Source: Candidatus Latescibacterota bacterium (GTDB lineage: Bacteria > Latescibacterota > UBA2968 > UBA8231). From it: a DNA stretch of 64,000 nucleotides. Location of the stretch: contig CBDAOB010000004.1 of assembly GCA_965197905.1 (NCBI GenBank), forward strand, positions 1,408,001 through 1,472,000, written 5' to 3'. Shown in pieces: positions 19,358 to 28,921 of this stretch; the stretch's first letter is position 1; every line of letters begins with the position of its first letter. A model generated the notes under the pieces. That model ran no database searches. It was not told where the DNA came from and saw nothing but the letters and a program-made list of their open reading frames with translations. The translations under genes were made by a program, and so were the position numbers.

Positions 19358-20335
19358 ATGAGTGCGCGTGAACTGACCATGGCCGAAGCCATCAACGAGG
19401 CGATACGCCACGAGATGCGCCGCAATCCCGAGATCATGTTGCTCGGCCAGGACATCGGCGCCTACGGGGGAACCTTCGGGGTCTACCGCGGGATCTTCGA
19501 CGAGTTCGGCGAGGACCGGGTCAAAGACGGCCCGCTGTGCGAGGCTGCCACCGTCGGTTTCGGCATAGGACTGGCGTTGAGCGGAATGCCCACCATCGTG
19601 GAAATCGAATTCTTCGACTTCATCACTCTCGCCTCTGACGCCCTGGTCAATCAAGCGGCAAAGATGCGGTACTTCTACGGGGGTCAGGTGAGTGTGCCGC
19701 TCATTTTGCGGGCGCCGATCGTCAATCGCTTGAGTCTCGGTGCGCAGCATTCCCAGAGCCTGGAAGCCTGGATGATGCACATTCCCGGTCTCCGTGTGGT
19801 TATTCCGTCCAATGGCGCCGACGCCAAGGGACTGCTACTGACGGTGATGCGGGAAAACAACCCCACTCTCTTCATCGAGAACGTCCGCCTCTACGCCGGC
19901 AAGGATGAGGTGCCCGAGGCGGATGAGGCGATTCCGCTGGGAAGGCTGAGAGTGGCGCGGGAGGGTGACAACCTGTCGATCGCCTGTTACAGCGGCATGG
20001 TCAAACCGTGCCTGGAAGCAGCCTCGGTGTTGGAGCAAGAGGGAATCCGATGTGACGTGCTCGATTTGCGCACCCTGTCTCCCCTCGATACCGACGGCAT
20101 CTGCGAATCGGTGCGCAAGACCGGGCGCCTCGTGGTAGCCCACGAAGCGGTCAAAACCTGCGGACCGGGCGCAGAGATCGCGCAGGTTGCGATGGAAGGA
20201 GCCTTCGATTACCTGCAGGCACCTATTGCTCGAGTCGCCGCCAAGGACCTTCCAATTCCGACGGGAGAGCTGCAGAGCGAAGTATTCCCCGACGCAGATG
20301 ATGTGGCGGCAGCGGCGCGGTCGGTGATGGCCTGA
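19358..20335 (+). CDS. TPP-dependent 2-oxoacid/acetoin dehydrogenase E1 beta
   Basis: LGQDIGAYGG, GAQHSQSLEA, DAKGLL, DLRTLSPLD, FDYLQAP. Confidence 0.92.
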   Translation: MSARELTMAEAINEAIRHEMRRNPEIMLLGQDIGAYGGTFGVYRGIFDEFGEDRVKDGPLCEAATVGFGIGLALSGMPTIVEIEFFDFITLASDALVNQAAKMRYFYGGQVSVPLILRAPIVNRLSLGAQHSQSLEAWMMHIPGLRVVIPSNGADAKGLLLTVMRENNPTLFIENVRLYAGKDEVPEADEAIPLGRLRVAREGDNLSIACYSGMVKPCLEAASVLEQEGIRCDVLDLRTLSPLDTDGICESVRKTGRLVVAHEAVKTCGPGAEIAQVAMEGAFDYLQAPIARVAAKDLPIPTGELQSEVFPDADDVAAAARSVMA

Positions 20336-21318
20336 TGACGAACGAAAGGAAAGAGATGAGTGAGGACCTGAGTCTCGATACCCTGCTGGAGTGGTACGAG
20401 CAGATGTTGAACATCCGGTATTTTGAGGAGAACGCGGTCAGCAGTTTTCGCAAGGGGTTGTTCGGCGGCAGCACGCATCCGCAGATCGCCCAGGAAGCCA
20501 CGGCGGTCGGCGCTGCCGCGGCGCTTCAACTCACCGACCAGGTTCTGGCCACCTATCGCGGCCACGGTCACGCCATCTGCCGCGGCCTGTCGCTTGGCTC
20601 CATCATGGCCGAACTGTTGTGCAAGAGCACCGGTTGTTGCGGCGGCCGTGGTGGTTCGATGCACCTGTGCGACACGGAGCGCGACTTCTGGGGCACCAAC
20701 GCCATCGTCGCCGCTCACATCCCCATCGCCGCCGGCATCGCCCTGGCCAACCAGCGGCGGAAAGACGGTCGAGTGGTGGTTGTTTTCTTCGGCGACGGAG
20801 CCACCTGTGAAGGCGCGTTCTTCGAGACCCTCAACATGGCCACCCTGTGGAAGGTACCGCTAGTGCTGGTCTGTGAGAACAACGGGTACGCCATCTCCGT
20901 CCCCACCTCCAAGGCACACTCGGTTTCGGAGATTGCGGATCGCGCGTTGGGATTCGGCTTGCCCGGAACCTCGGTGGACGGGAACGACCCGATCGCGGTC
21001 TACGAAGCGGTGGGCGCAGCGGCCGAGCGCGCCCGCAACGGCGAGGGGCCTTCACTGGTTGAATGCCGCACAATTCGCTGGGAGCGACACAGCGCCATCT
21101 CGTCGGGCGCCTACGACAACGAGGAGGAGGCGCAGAAATGGAAGACGGTGGACCCGATTCCCCGCTTTGAGAAGTTGCTTGCCGAGCGCGGCGCGCAGGG
21201 GGTGGTGTTGGAGGAGATCCGGCAGCGCGCCAAAGCCAGAAACGATGAGGCTTTGCAGTTTGCCATCGACAGCCCGACGCCGGCAGCGGAAACCGTGGGA
21301 GATTTTGTGTTCTCATGA
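20335..21318 (+). CDS. TPP-dependent 2-oxoacid/acetoin dehydrogenase E1 alpha
   Basis: TYRGHGH, GRGGSMH, FFGDGA...ENN TPP motif, VDGND. Confidence 0.92.
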   Translation: MTNERKEMSEDLSLDTLLEWYEQMLNIRYFEENAVSSFRKGLFGGSTHPQIAQEATAVGAAAALQLTDQVLATYRGHGHAICRGLSLGSIMAELLCKSTGCCGGRGGSMHLCDTERDFWGTNAIVAAHIPIAAGIALANQRRKDGRVVVVFFGDGATCEGAFFETLNMATLWKVPLVLVCENNGYAISVPTSKAHSVSEIADRALGFGLPGTSVDGNDPIAVYEAVGAAAERARNGEGPSLVECRTIRWERHSAISSGAYDNEEEAQKWKTVDPIPRFEKLLAERGAQGVVLEEIRQRAKARNDEALQFAIDSPTPAAETVGDFVFS

Positions 21319-21414
21319 TGGAAACGGTCACTACTGTGCCGGCAATGTGCCGCCTTGACCGGGGCTGCCTAAAGTCGCTTAATCAGGCCGACATTCTTGT
21401 GGAGGATAACTGAG

Positions 21415-22803
21415 ATGAGCGAATCATCGACGGCGGCGGCCAAACTAGCCGCCTTCTGTGCCGATATCCGCTGGGACGACATACCGTTGGAAGTACGGGA
21501 ACGGACGAAAGACTTCCTCCTCGACTCCCTGGGTGTGACGTTCCGGGGCACCCTCGAGGCCTCTAGCAAACCGGGCGTCGACTACGTCCGCGGCTTACAG
21601 ACCGACGGTCCCTCGTCCGTCATCGGCGAGGGGTTCCGCACCAGCGCGCCGTGGGCTGCTCTTGTCAACGGCACCGCCGCCCACGCCATCGAAATGGACG
21701 ATGTCACCAGCGAATCTTCACTGCATCCGGCGGTTTGTGCCATACCGGCCGCAGTCGGTGTCGCAGAAGAACGGGGCGCTGATGGGGCAGCGTTGGTGGC
21801 GGCGATCGTTGCCGGTTACGAGGTCACCCTGCGGGTTGGCAACGCCCTGAATCCCTCCTCCGCATATCAGCGAGGGTTCCATCCCACCAGCGTTTCAGGC
21901 GTTTTTGGAGCTGCTACCGCCGCCGCCCATATCATGGGGCTGAATGCCGCTCAACTTACCGACGCCCTCGGCATTTGCGGGTCCATGGCCTCTGGCTCTA
22001 TGGAGTATCTAACCGACGGCGCCTGGACGAAGAGAATCAACGCCGGATGGGCGGCACACGCCGGTACGGTCGCCGCCGGTCTCGCCGCCGCCGGTTTTAA
22101 CGGGCCACCCACCATTTTCGAAGGACCTCATGGGTTTCTCACCGGATTCACGGACGAGCCGAAAACAGCGCGCCTGTTGGATGATCTCGGCGACTTCTAT
22201 CAGATCCAAAAGGTGTCGATCAAGCCCTACGGTTGTTGCCGCTACAACCACGGTATCATCGACTGCATGTTCGCCTTGAGGGAAGAGCACGGCATCACGC
22301 CGGAGCAAGTCGAGAAAATCCGCTTTTCCGTGTTGTCTGCGGGCAGAGACATCGTCGCCGAGCCCATCGAGCAGAAACAGGCGCCCGAGAACGTCGTCGA
22401 TGCCCAGTTCTCCGCCCACTTCGCCGCCGCGGTCGCCCTGGCGCGCGGGGTCGCCGACGTCAATCAATTCACGCCGGAGAGTATCCAGGATCCGGTCCTC
22501 CGCGACCTCACCGCCAGAACGGAGCATCACTTCAATCCGGAGATCGACCGCCTCTATCCGCTGCAGTGGCGAACTGAAGCCGAGATCGAGCTGCGCGACG
22601 GACGTGTTGTGGCCACCGAAATCGACCACGCCACCGGTGAGCCCGAGAATCCGGTTCCCCGCGAGGACCTAGTCGAAAAGTTCATTCTGCTCGCGGAACC
22701 ACTCCTCCAAGGAGTCGCGGCTCAAGACCTGACCCGTCAGATCCTTACCATCGACCGCGAACCGGGCGGTTTCGAGATCGTCATGAGCACCCTGCGGCGT
22801 TGA
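21415..22803 (+). CDS. MmgE/PrpD family protein
   Basis: NGTAAHAIEMDD, LHP, GFHPT, FEGPHGF, KPYGCCRYNH, AQFS. Confidence 0.92.
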   Translation: MSESSTAAAKLAAFCADIRWDDIPLEVRERTKDFLLDSLGVTFRGTLEASSKPGVDYVRGLQTDGPSSVIGEGFRTSAPWAALVNGTAAHAIEMDDVTSESSLHPAVCAIPAAVGVAEERGADGAALVAAIVAGYEVTLRVGNALNPSSAYQRGFHPTSVSGVFGAATAAAHIMGLNAAQLTDALGICGSMASGSMEYLTDGAWTKRINAGWAAHAGTVAAGLAAAGFNGPPTIFEGPHGFLTGFTDEPKTARLLDDLGDFYQIQKVSIKPYGCCRYNHGIIDCMFALREEHGITPEQVEKIRFSVLSAGRDIVAEPIEQKQAPENVVDAQFSAHFAAAVALARGVADVNQFTPESIQDPVLRDLTARTEHHFNPEIDRLYPLQWRTEAEIELRDGRVVATEIDHATGEPENPVPREDLVEKFILLAEPLLQGVAAQDLTRQILTIDREPGGFEIVMSTLRR

Positions 22804-22977
22804 AGAGTTGCGACGGTTGTCCATGCGTGCCGGACTCGGGGCTCTGAGGCGGCACGTAGGCATTCCGAGTCTTGTGGCACCGACGTGGATTAGTCTATCT
22901 TTTGTGGTTTTCAAATTAGCATCGATGAAGTGAGTCCGATTCCGGGCTCTTGGTCAAAATCGACGGAGGCGTTAAGA

Positions 22978-24108
22978 ATGGCATTACACGAGGCGGTCAA
23001 GAGAGTGCTGGCTGCGAAGGGCGACAGAAAAAATGACTTCGAGCGGTTAAAAACCACACTGGCACTAAAAGAAGCCGATTGCGTCCCTGCCTTCGAGATG
23101 AGCATCGAGCCGGAGATCAAAGAACTGTTCATGGGACGTACACTAAAAGGTCACGCCGATGAGATGCAGTTCTTCCAGCAAGCGGGTTACGATGCCTACC
23201 CGGTGGCCCTAACAGTCATCAGCGTGCATCACAAACGCCGGGAGACGGAACGGACCGAGCAGGTGGATGTCACCCACACGAAAACGCGGACCTACAAGGC
23301 CGAGCTCGAGGCCTACACCGAACGCTATTGGGCGGAAATGCATAGGGGTGTAATAACCACCAAGGAAGAGTTCGCCGAATTCGACTGGCCCGACCCCGAC
23401 AACCTCGATTTCTCCGTCCTCGACGAAGTTGCCCCACTGCTTCCCGACGGCATGAAGATCAGCGTCATCATCGGCAAGATCTTCACGGGCGTCTGGTTCA
23501 TGATGGGACTGGAGACGTTCATGCTCGCCTGCATCGACGATCCCGAGCTCATTGAGATGATGTACGAGAAGGTCATTCCATTACAGCAACGCGCCATGGA
23601 AGCCGCCATGGCACATCCGGGGGTGGGCATGAGCTTCCACGCCGATGACCTGTCCGGCAAGAACGGGCCTCTCGTCCACCCGGACCACTACAAAAAGTAC
23701 GTGTTTCCCGCCTACACGAAGATGGCTGAGATGGCCAAGGCCGCCGATAAGCCGATGGTGTATCACACCGATGGCAAAATCGATATGATCATCGAGGAGT
23801 TGCTGGCCACGGGCATCGACGGGTGGCATCCGATCGAGAAGCAGGCACACGACATCAATGAGGTGAAGGCGGAGTACGGCAACCGCATCGCCCTCCTGGG
23901 CAACATCGATCTGCAGTATACCCTCACCAAGGGGACCCCCGCAGAGGTCGATGCCGAAGTGCGCGAGCGCATCCGCGACCTGGGGCCGGGAGGCGGTTAT
24001 TGTGTCTCCTCGGGAAACTCGATTCCGGAGTATGTCCCCATCGAGAACTATGCGGCTATGCTCGAGGCGACCTACAAATATGGCAAATACCCCCTATCAC
24101 TGAGCTAG
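22978..24108 (+). CDS. Uroporphyrinogen decarboxylase / MtaA-CmuA methyltransferase family protein
   Basis: WPDPD, ADDL, YHTDG, LLGNID, GPGGGY..SSGNSI. Confidence 0.85.
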   Translation: MALHEAVKRVLAAKGDRKNDFERLKTTLALKEADCVPAFEMSIEPEIKELFMGRTLKGHADEMQFFQQAGYDAYPVALTVISVHHKRRETERTEQVDVTHTKTRTYKAELEAYTERYWAEMHRGVITTKEEFAEFDWPDPDNLDFSVLDEVAPLLPDGMKISVIIGKIFTGVWFMMGLETFMLACIDDPELIEMMYEKVIPLQQRAMEAAMAHPGVGMSFHADDLSGKNGPLVHPDHYKKYVFPAYTKMAEMAKAADKPMVYHTDGKIDMIIEELLATGIDGWHPIEKQAHDINEVKAEYGNRIALLGNIDLQYTLTKGTPAEVDAEVRERIRDLGPGGGYCVSSGNSIPEYVPIENYAAMLEATYKYGKYPLSLS

Positions 24109-24116
24109 GACCGGCA

Positions 24117-24854
24117 ATGGCGATCGAGAACGAAGGAATAGAAGAAGAACTGGAGTGGGTCGAGGACCCGACCGAGAACGCGGATCTACGGGCGATCTTC
24201 GAAAGGGCGGATCCCATAATGCAAAATATCGCCTATGGCGTGATCACGGGCGAGCAGGAGACCTGCGATACCTTGACGAGAAAGGCCATTGACGACGGTC
24301 TTGATGTGCACACCATCCTCGACGATGGCCTGATCGCCGGAATGTCGGTGGTGGGGGTGAAGTTTCGCGACAACATCGTCTTCGTGCCCGAGGTGCTCGT
24401 CTCCGCCCGCGCCATGAAGGCGGGTATGGCCCACATCGACCCGATTCTTTCAGACTCCGGTATCGAGAAGATCGCCATCGTCATCATGGGCACAGTGAAG
24501 GGCGATCTTCACGACATCGGCAAGAATCTGTGTATCATGATGCTTAACGGAGCGGGTTTCGAGGTTCACGACCTGGGCGTCGATACGGGCTCTGAAGAGT
24601 TCATCGAGGCGGTGAAAGAACACGACGCCAAGATCGTCGGCATGTCAGCTCTACTGACAACGACGAGTATCAACATCGGCAAGACCATTCAAGAGTTCAA
24701 AGAAATCGGGCTTGGAGATGTGAAAACGATGGCCGGTGGTGCCGCCTTGAATCAAGAGCTAGCGACTGAAATGGGCTGCGACGGGTACGGCAGAGACGCC
24801 ATCGCCTGCGTCGAGAGAGCCAAGGAGTTCGCGGGAGTTCGCGAGCCTGGGTAA
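24117..24854 (+). CDS. Corrinoid (B12-binding) methyltransferase protein
   Basis: GTVKGDLHDIGKNL (DxHxxG), DLGVD, GMSALLTTT, AGGA. Confidence 0.93.
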   Translation: MAIENEGIEEELEWVEDPTENADLRAIFERADPIMQNIAYGVITGEQETCDTLTRKAIDDGLDVHTILDDGLIAGMSVVGVKFRDNIVFVPEVLVSARAMKAGMAHIDPILSDSGIEKIAIVIMGTVKGDLHDIGKNLCIMMLNGAGFEVHDLGVDTGSEEFIEAVKEHDAKIVGMSALLTTTSINIGKTIQEFKEIGLGDVKTMAGGAALNQELATEMGCDGYGRDAIACVERAKEFAGVREPG

Positions 24855-24933
24855 CCTGGGCGGTCGGCACCGATAGCTCCGGTTACTCGCATCCAGGATG
24901 GAGTCGTCCCACAAAGTGCGAGGATAACCGCTG

Positions 24934-25761
24934 CTACAGAAGTGGTGCGATCGCATCCCGCATCTTGATCGATTCGGTCATGACGTCGCATTTGTCCATC
25001 TCCAACCAGTGCGGTTCGTGCTCGTATTCCAGCGTTAGGTACCCTTTGTATCCGGCGTCCTTCAGCATGCCCACCGCCGCCGGGAAATCGATCTCTCCAT
25101 CCTCCCAGCGAGCCTGGATCTGGGTGCTGGACCCCTGGCGCAGGTGAAAGTGCCCGGTAAACGGCACCAACGGGTCCACGTCCGCCATCTTGTATCCTTG
25201 CACCGTGAAGTGGGCGTAGTCGAGGGCCAGGCGCAGGTCGGGGTTCTGCTGCATGAATTCCAGCACTTCCCGTGGATTCTCCAGCAACCCCTCCACGTGG
25301 GGTTCGAAGGTGAGCGGGATCCCCGCTGCCGCCGCTACCGAAGTCATCTCCGACAACACCTCTGCCGCTAGGGACATCGAGTCTTCGTGGCTCATCCCCT
25401 CCTGATCCACACCGGGAAGAATGAGGAGTGATTTGATGTCCGCGGAGTTGCAGCAATCGAGAACCTTCCTGAAGGTCTCCATGTTGCGCTCGCGCACCGA
25501 TACATCCTTCGAGTTGATGGCTCGATCGGCGAAATCCTCTCCAAAGAGATAGAGCAGATTGCTCAATTCGATTCCAGGCTCCTTGAAGCGACGGGCTTGA
25601 CCGGCCGGATCCTTTTCAATATCCGCGGGGTCGATCTGGGTGCCGGTGATCGCGAGCAGATCGATCGCTTCCACGCCCAGGGCGCGCCAGATGTTGGCTG
25701 ACTCAACCAGGTTGGTACCTACAAAAGACCAGGCCGCTCCTGACAGTTTGATATCACCCAT
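24934..25761 (-). CDS. Sugar phosphate isomerase/epimerase (xylose isomerase-like TIM barrel)
   Basis: FEPH, LDYAH, FHLR, GEIDF, LTLEYE. Confidence 0.85.
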   Translation of the reverse strand: MGDIKLSGAAWSFVGTNLVESANIWRALGVEAIDLLAITGTQIDPADIEKDPAGQARRFKEPGIELSNLLYLFGEDFADRAINSKDVSVRERNMETFRKVLDCCNSADIKSLLILPGVDQEGMSHEDSMSLAAEVLSEMTSVAAAAGIPLTFEPHVEGLLENPREVLEFMQQNPDLRLALDYAHFTVQGYKMADVDPLVPFTGHFHLRQGSSTQIQARWEDGEIDFPAAVGMLKDAGYKGYLTLEYEHEPHWLEMDKCDVMTESIKMRDAIAPLL

Positions 25762-25812
25762 CGCCTATTCCTTTCTATTGGTAGATCCACGGATAGTTCG
25801 CAGAAACCCCGT

Positions 25813-26619
25813 TTACTCTGCGGTGCCGGGAACCGCTGCGGTAGTGCTCAACAGACCCCCTTCCACATCCAGGGCGACGCCCGTGATAAAATCCGAAGCG
25901 TCTGAGAGCAAGAACATGATTGCGTTGACGATGTCCGCTTCGGTTGGGTTTCTGCCGAGAGGGATCTCGGACGCTGTTGCGGCGAGGATATCCTTCGGAT
26001 TTTTGCCCGAAGAACCTTCTTTCCAGTCCAACACCGTCTTGCCCATCCCGGTAGTGGAGACCCCCGCTGGGCAGACGCAATTCACCGTAACGCCGGCTGG
26101 TGCCAATTCGCCGGCGATCGATTTGGTCAGTCCGACGACGCCGAACTTGGCCGCGGTGTACGCCGTGATGATCGGCCAACCGATCTTCGACGCGTCCGAG
26201 CCGATGTTGACGATGCGTCCTCTCCGGCCGCTCTCTCGCAACAAAGGCGCGGCTGCCTGACAACAGAGAAATACGCCCTTGAGATCGACGGCGATGACGC
26301 GATCCCAATTCTCCTCTTTGACCTCGTCAAGCGGGGCGAAATCTATCACGCCGGCTGAGTTCACCAGCGAATCCAGCCCCCCAAAGGCGCGGCCACAGGC
26401 GGCCACCGCCTCCTGAACAGACGTTTTCGAGGTCACGTCCAGCTCCAAGGGAAGCACGCTGTCGCTCGCAAGCTCTGTTTTTGCTTTTTCCAGCTGGGCA
26501 GGATCGATGTCGCCGATGGCCACCTGCGCCCCTTCTTCCAACAGGGCTTTGGTGGTCGCCAGGCCAAAACCATTGGCTCCGCCGGTGACCAGGGATTTGC
26601 GTGGTTCGGATTCAGACAT
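25813..26619 (-). CDS. SDR family oxidoreductase
   Basis: VTGGANGFG, LVNSAG, YTAAK, VNCVCP. Confidence 0.93.
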   Translation of the reverse strand: MSESEPRKSLVTGGANGFGLATTKALLEEGAQVAIGDIDPAQLEKAKTELASDSVLPLELDVTSKTSVQEAVAACGRAFGGLDSLVNSAGVIDFAPLDEVKEENWDRVIAVDLKGVFLCCQAAAPLLRESGRRGRIVNIGSDASKIGWPIITAYTAAKFGVVGLTKSIAGELAPAGVTVNCVCPAGVSTTGMGKTVLDWKEGSSGKNPKDILAATASEIPLGRNPTEADIVNAIMFLLSDASDFITGVALDVEGGLLSTTAAVPGTAE

Positions 26620-26673
26620 TTTCTCACGTCCTCTACTAGCGTGGGACAAGTCCGTATTCACGTTCAATTCTGC

Positions 26674-27804
26674 TCAGCTATCGAAATAATATTTCTCTAC
26701 CGCACTGTCCAGAATGGTAACGCCTAATCCCGGCGATTCTCGCACCGACAGATATCCGTCTTGTTGAACCCATGGATCGGACACCAGCTCGTGCTGCATG
26801 GGTGACTCGTGGGGTTTGAAGTCCATGGACGCGGCATGGGTGGAGTTCGCCATCAGGTGGACGCTGGCGGCGGTATTGAGCGCGCTGCTCCAGGTATGGG
26901 CACTCCATTCGAGGTTCTCTGCTTCGATCAGTTTTATAACGTGCCGACAACCGGTGATTCCGTGACAGCGCCCCGGATCCATCTGTACGACGTCGACCCC
27001 ACCGGATTGGAGCAGCCGCCGGTAACTCTCTACGTTCCACTCGTCTTCTCCGGTGCCGACGTTGGTGGCAACGGCGGCGCGCAACCGGGCGTGCCCCTCC
27101 AGATCGCTGGGAAAAAGCGGTTGCTCGATCCACCGGAGGGCATACGGTTCTAGGTCCCGAAAACGTTGAATCGCCGTGGGCACGTCCCAGATGTTCCACA
27201 CCCCAGGGGTATCCACCACCAGGTCGATCTCTTCGCCGATAAGGTTACGCACCTTGCCGACGACTTCGATATCCTTTTTGCGGTCCAGGCCGAATACCGC
27301 TTCCGGCTTCATGCCCCACCCGGCTTTGACGATCTGATACCCTTCATCCACCATGAAGCGGAACTCGTCGAGAGTCCAGTTGAAATCCTCCATATCGAAG
27401 ATGATCGAAGCCATGGCAAGGACGCGATCATGGAGCTGACCACCAAGAAGATTGCAGACCGGCAATTGAAGCAGCTTTCCTTTCAGATCCCACAGAGCCA
27501 TGTCCACGGCGCTCACCGCGAAGGCGGCGATCCCCTCGGGACCATACCACCAGATCCGTTCGAGCATCTTGTTCCACAAACGCTCGACCTCAAGCGCCGA
27601 CTCACCCACGAGCAAAGGGGCGTAACCCTGTTCGACGATGATCTTCGTCGCCAACGAGGACTCGCGAAATTGCGAAATGCACTCGCCCCATCCCGTCGTA
27701 CCGTCTTCCGCTTCCACCCGCGCCAGGGTTATGTAACGCTCAATTCCCTTGTAGTGCGGCTCGGGGTACGCCAGCGGGAAAGCCTGAATGCTCTTGATTT
27801 TCAT
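26674..27804 (-). CDS. Mandelate racemase/muconate lactonizing enzyme family protein
   Basis: GWGE, SAVDMALWDLKGK..LPV..LLGG, WIEQP, TGEDE. Confidence 0.9.
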   Translation of the reverse strand: MKIKSIQAFPLAYPEPHYKGIERYITLARVEAEDGTTGWGECISQFRESSLATKIIVEQGYAPLLVGESALEVERLWNKMLERIWWYGPEGIAAFAVSAVDMALWDLKGKLLQLPVCNLLGGQLHDRVLAMASIIFDMEDFNWTLDEFRFMVDEGYQIVKAGWGMKPEAVFGLDRKKDIEVVGKVRNLIGEEIDLVVDTPGVWNIWDVPTAIQRFRDLEPYALRWIEQPLFPSDLEGHARLRAAVATNVGTGEDEWNVESYRRLLQSGGVDVVQMDPGRCHGITGCRHVIKLIEAENLEWSAHTWSSALNTAASVHLMANSTHAASMDFKPHESPMQHELVSDPWVQQDGYLSVRESPGLGVTILDSAVEKYYFDS

Positions 27805-27809
27805 CGGGT

Positions 27810-28847
27810 TCACTCCTGGTGATGAGTGTATTCCTTAGCGCCGGGCCGGCAGTGGGGCAAGGGAAGATCTGCGATGGTCAAAAACCCGGCCGCGGCCTGC
27901 ACGACTCGAGGGATGCAGCTGGCCAGCATGCCCGCAGTACCCAGCTGCGGATTGCAGCCAGGGTTCAAACGCAAGCGCAGCGGATTCGAACCTTCGATGT
28001 CGATGGTGTCCTCTGCTTGGAGGCCGAGCGACGGCAAATCCACGTGCGCCACAAACTCAGCTTCTATCCAGGGACGATCGTCCAGAAATCCGGTGACGCG
28101 CTGAGTAAAACCTGCCGTTTGCCCGCGCTCAATCCGTAGCTGACTGCCGGATGTGGCGCCAGTAGCGAGATGGGGTTCGAACTGTTTCGTTATTCGTTTC
28201 AGATCGCATCCCAAACACTTGGCCACCATATTGAAGGTTTGCGGGAACCCGATATTCCTACGGACGGTACCGTTGGCTACACCCGCGTCGAACTCTTCGC
28301 TCGAATACCCCAAACCGAGGCGGCGTTGGACCGTCGCGCTGAATCCGGAGACGTCGACCACGCGGCGGAAAGAGATCTTCTCCACATCCCAGCTGATAGC
28401 GCTGGCGGTCAAAAACAGCGCATCGAAGATGAAACCGGGGTTTAGGCCGGCACCCAGGACACTCACACCGCGTTGGCGCGCAGCGGCGTCGATTTCGTCG
28501 CTTAGCTGTTTATCGGTAGACCAGGGATAAGCCGCTTCTTCAGCGGTGGTGAGCACGTTCAATCCGCCCTCGATACCCTGGCGAATGTCGACGGCTACCT
28601 CGCGGAGAAATGAAGTGGTAGCGATGAGCAGAATTTCCGCGTCCTGACCGAAGACGAGATCGCGTTCGGTGCTGATCGCCACGCCCAGTGGTTCGCTACC
28701 GGCGTGGATGCCCAAGTCTACTCCCGCGTAGTCGGCGTTCCGCGTCAAGGCGCCGACAATAAGGATTTCTTCTCTTTTTTGCAGGAGGCGGGTGAGGTTT
28801 TTGACAACACCTCCCACGCCTGAAAAGATGAGTCGCGTCTGTGACAT
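27810..28847 (-). CDS. 2,4-diaminopentanoate dehydrogenase / DapB-like NAD(P)-dependent oxidoreductase
   Basis: GLNVLTTAEE.AYPW, LGAGLNPGFIFD, IPRVVQAAAGFLTIADLP. Confidence 0.75.
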   Translation of the reverse strand: MSQTRLIFSGVGGVVKNLTRLLQKREEILIVGALTRNADYAGVDLGIHAGSEPLGVAISTERDLVFGQDAEILLIATTSFLREVAVDIRQGIEGGLNVLTTAEEAAYPWSTDKQLSDEIDAAARQRGVSVLGAGLNPGFIFDALFLTASAISWDVEKISFRRVVDVSGFSATVQRRLGLGYSSEEFDAGVANGTVRRNIGFPQTFNMVAKCLGCDLKRITKQFEPHLATGATSGSQLRIERGQTAGFTQRVTGFLDDRPWIEAEFVAHVDLPSLGLQAEDTIDIEGSNPLRLRLNPGCNPQLGTAGMLASCIPRVVQAAAGFLTIADLPLPHCRPGAKEYTHHQE

Positions 28848-28921
28848 TTCAACCGTGGTGATGGCCTATCAACCTTGCGAATGGGTAGTTATCGTGCCCT
28901 TCGATGTCAACCGAGCGCGGG

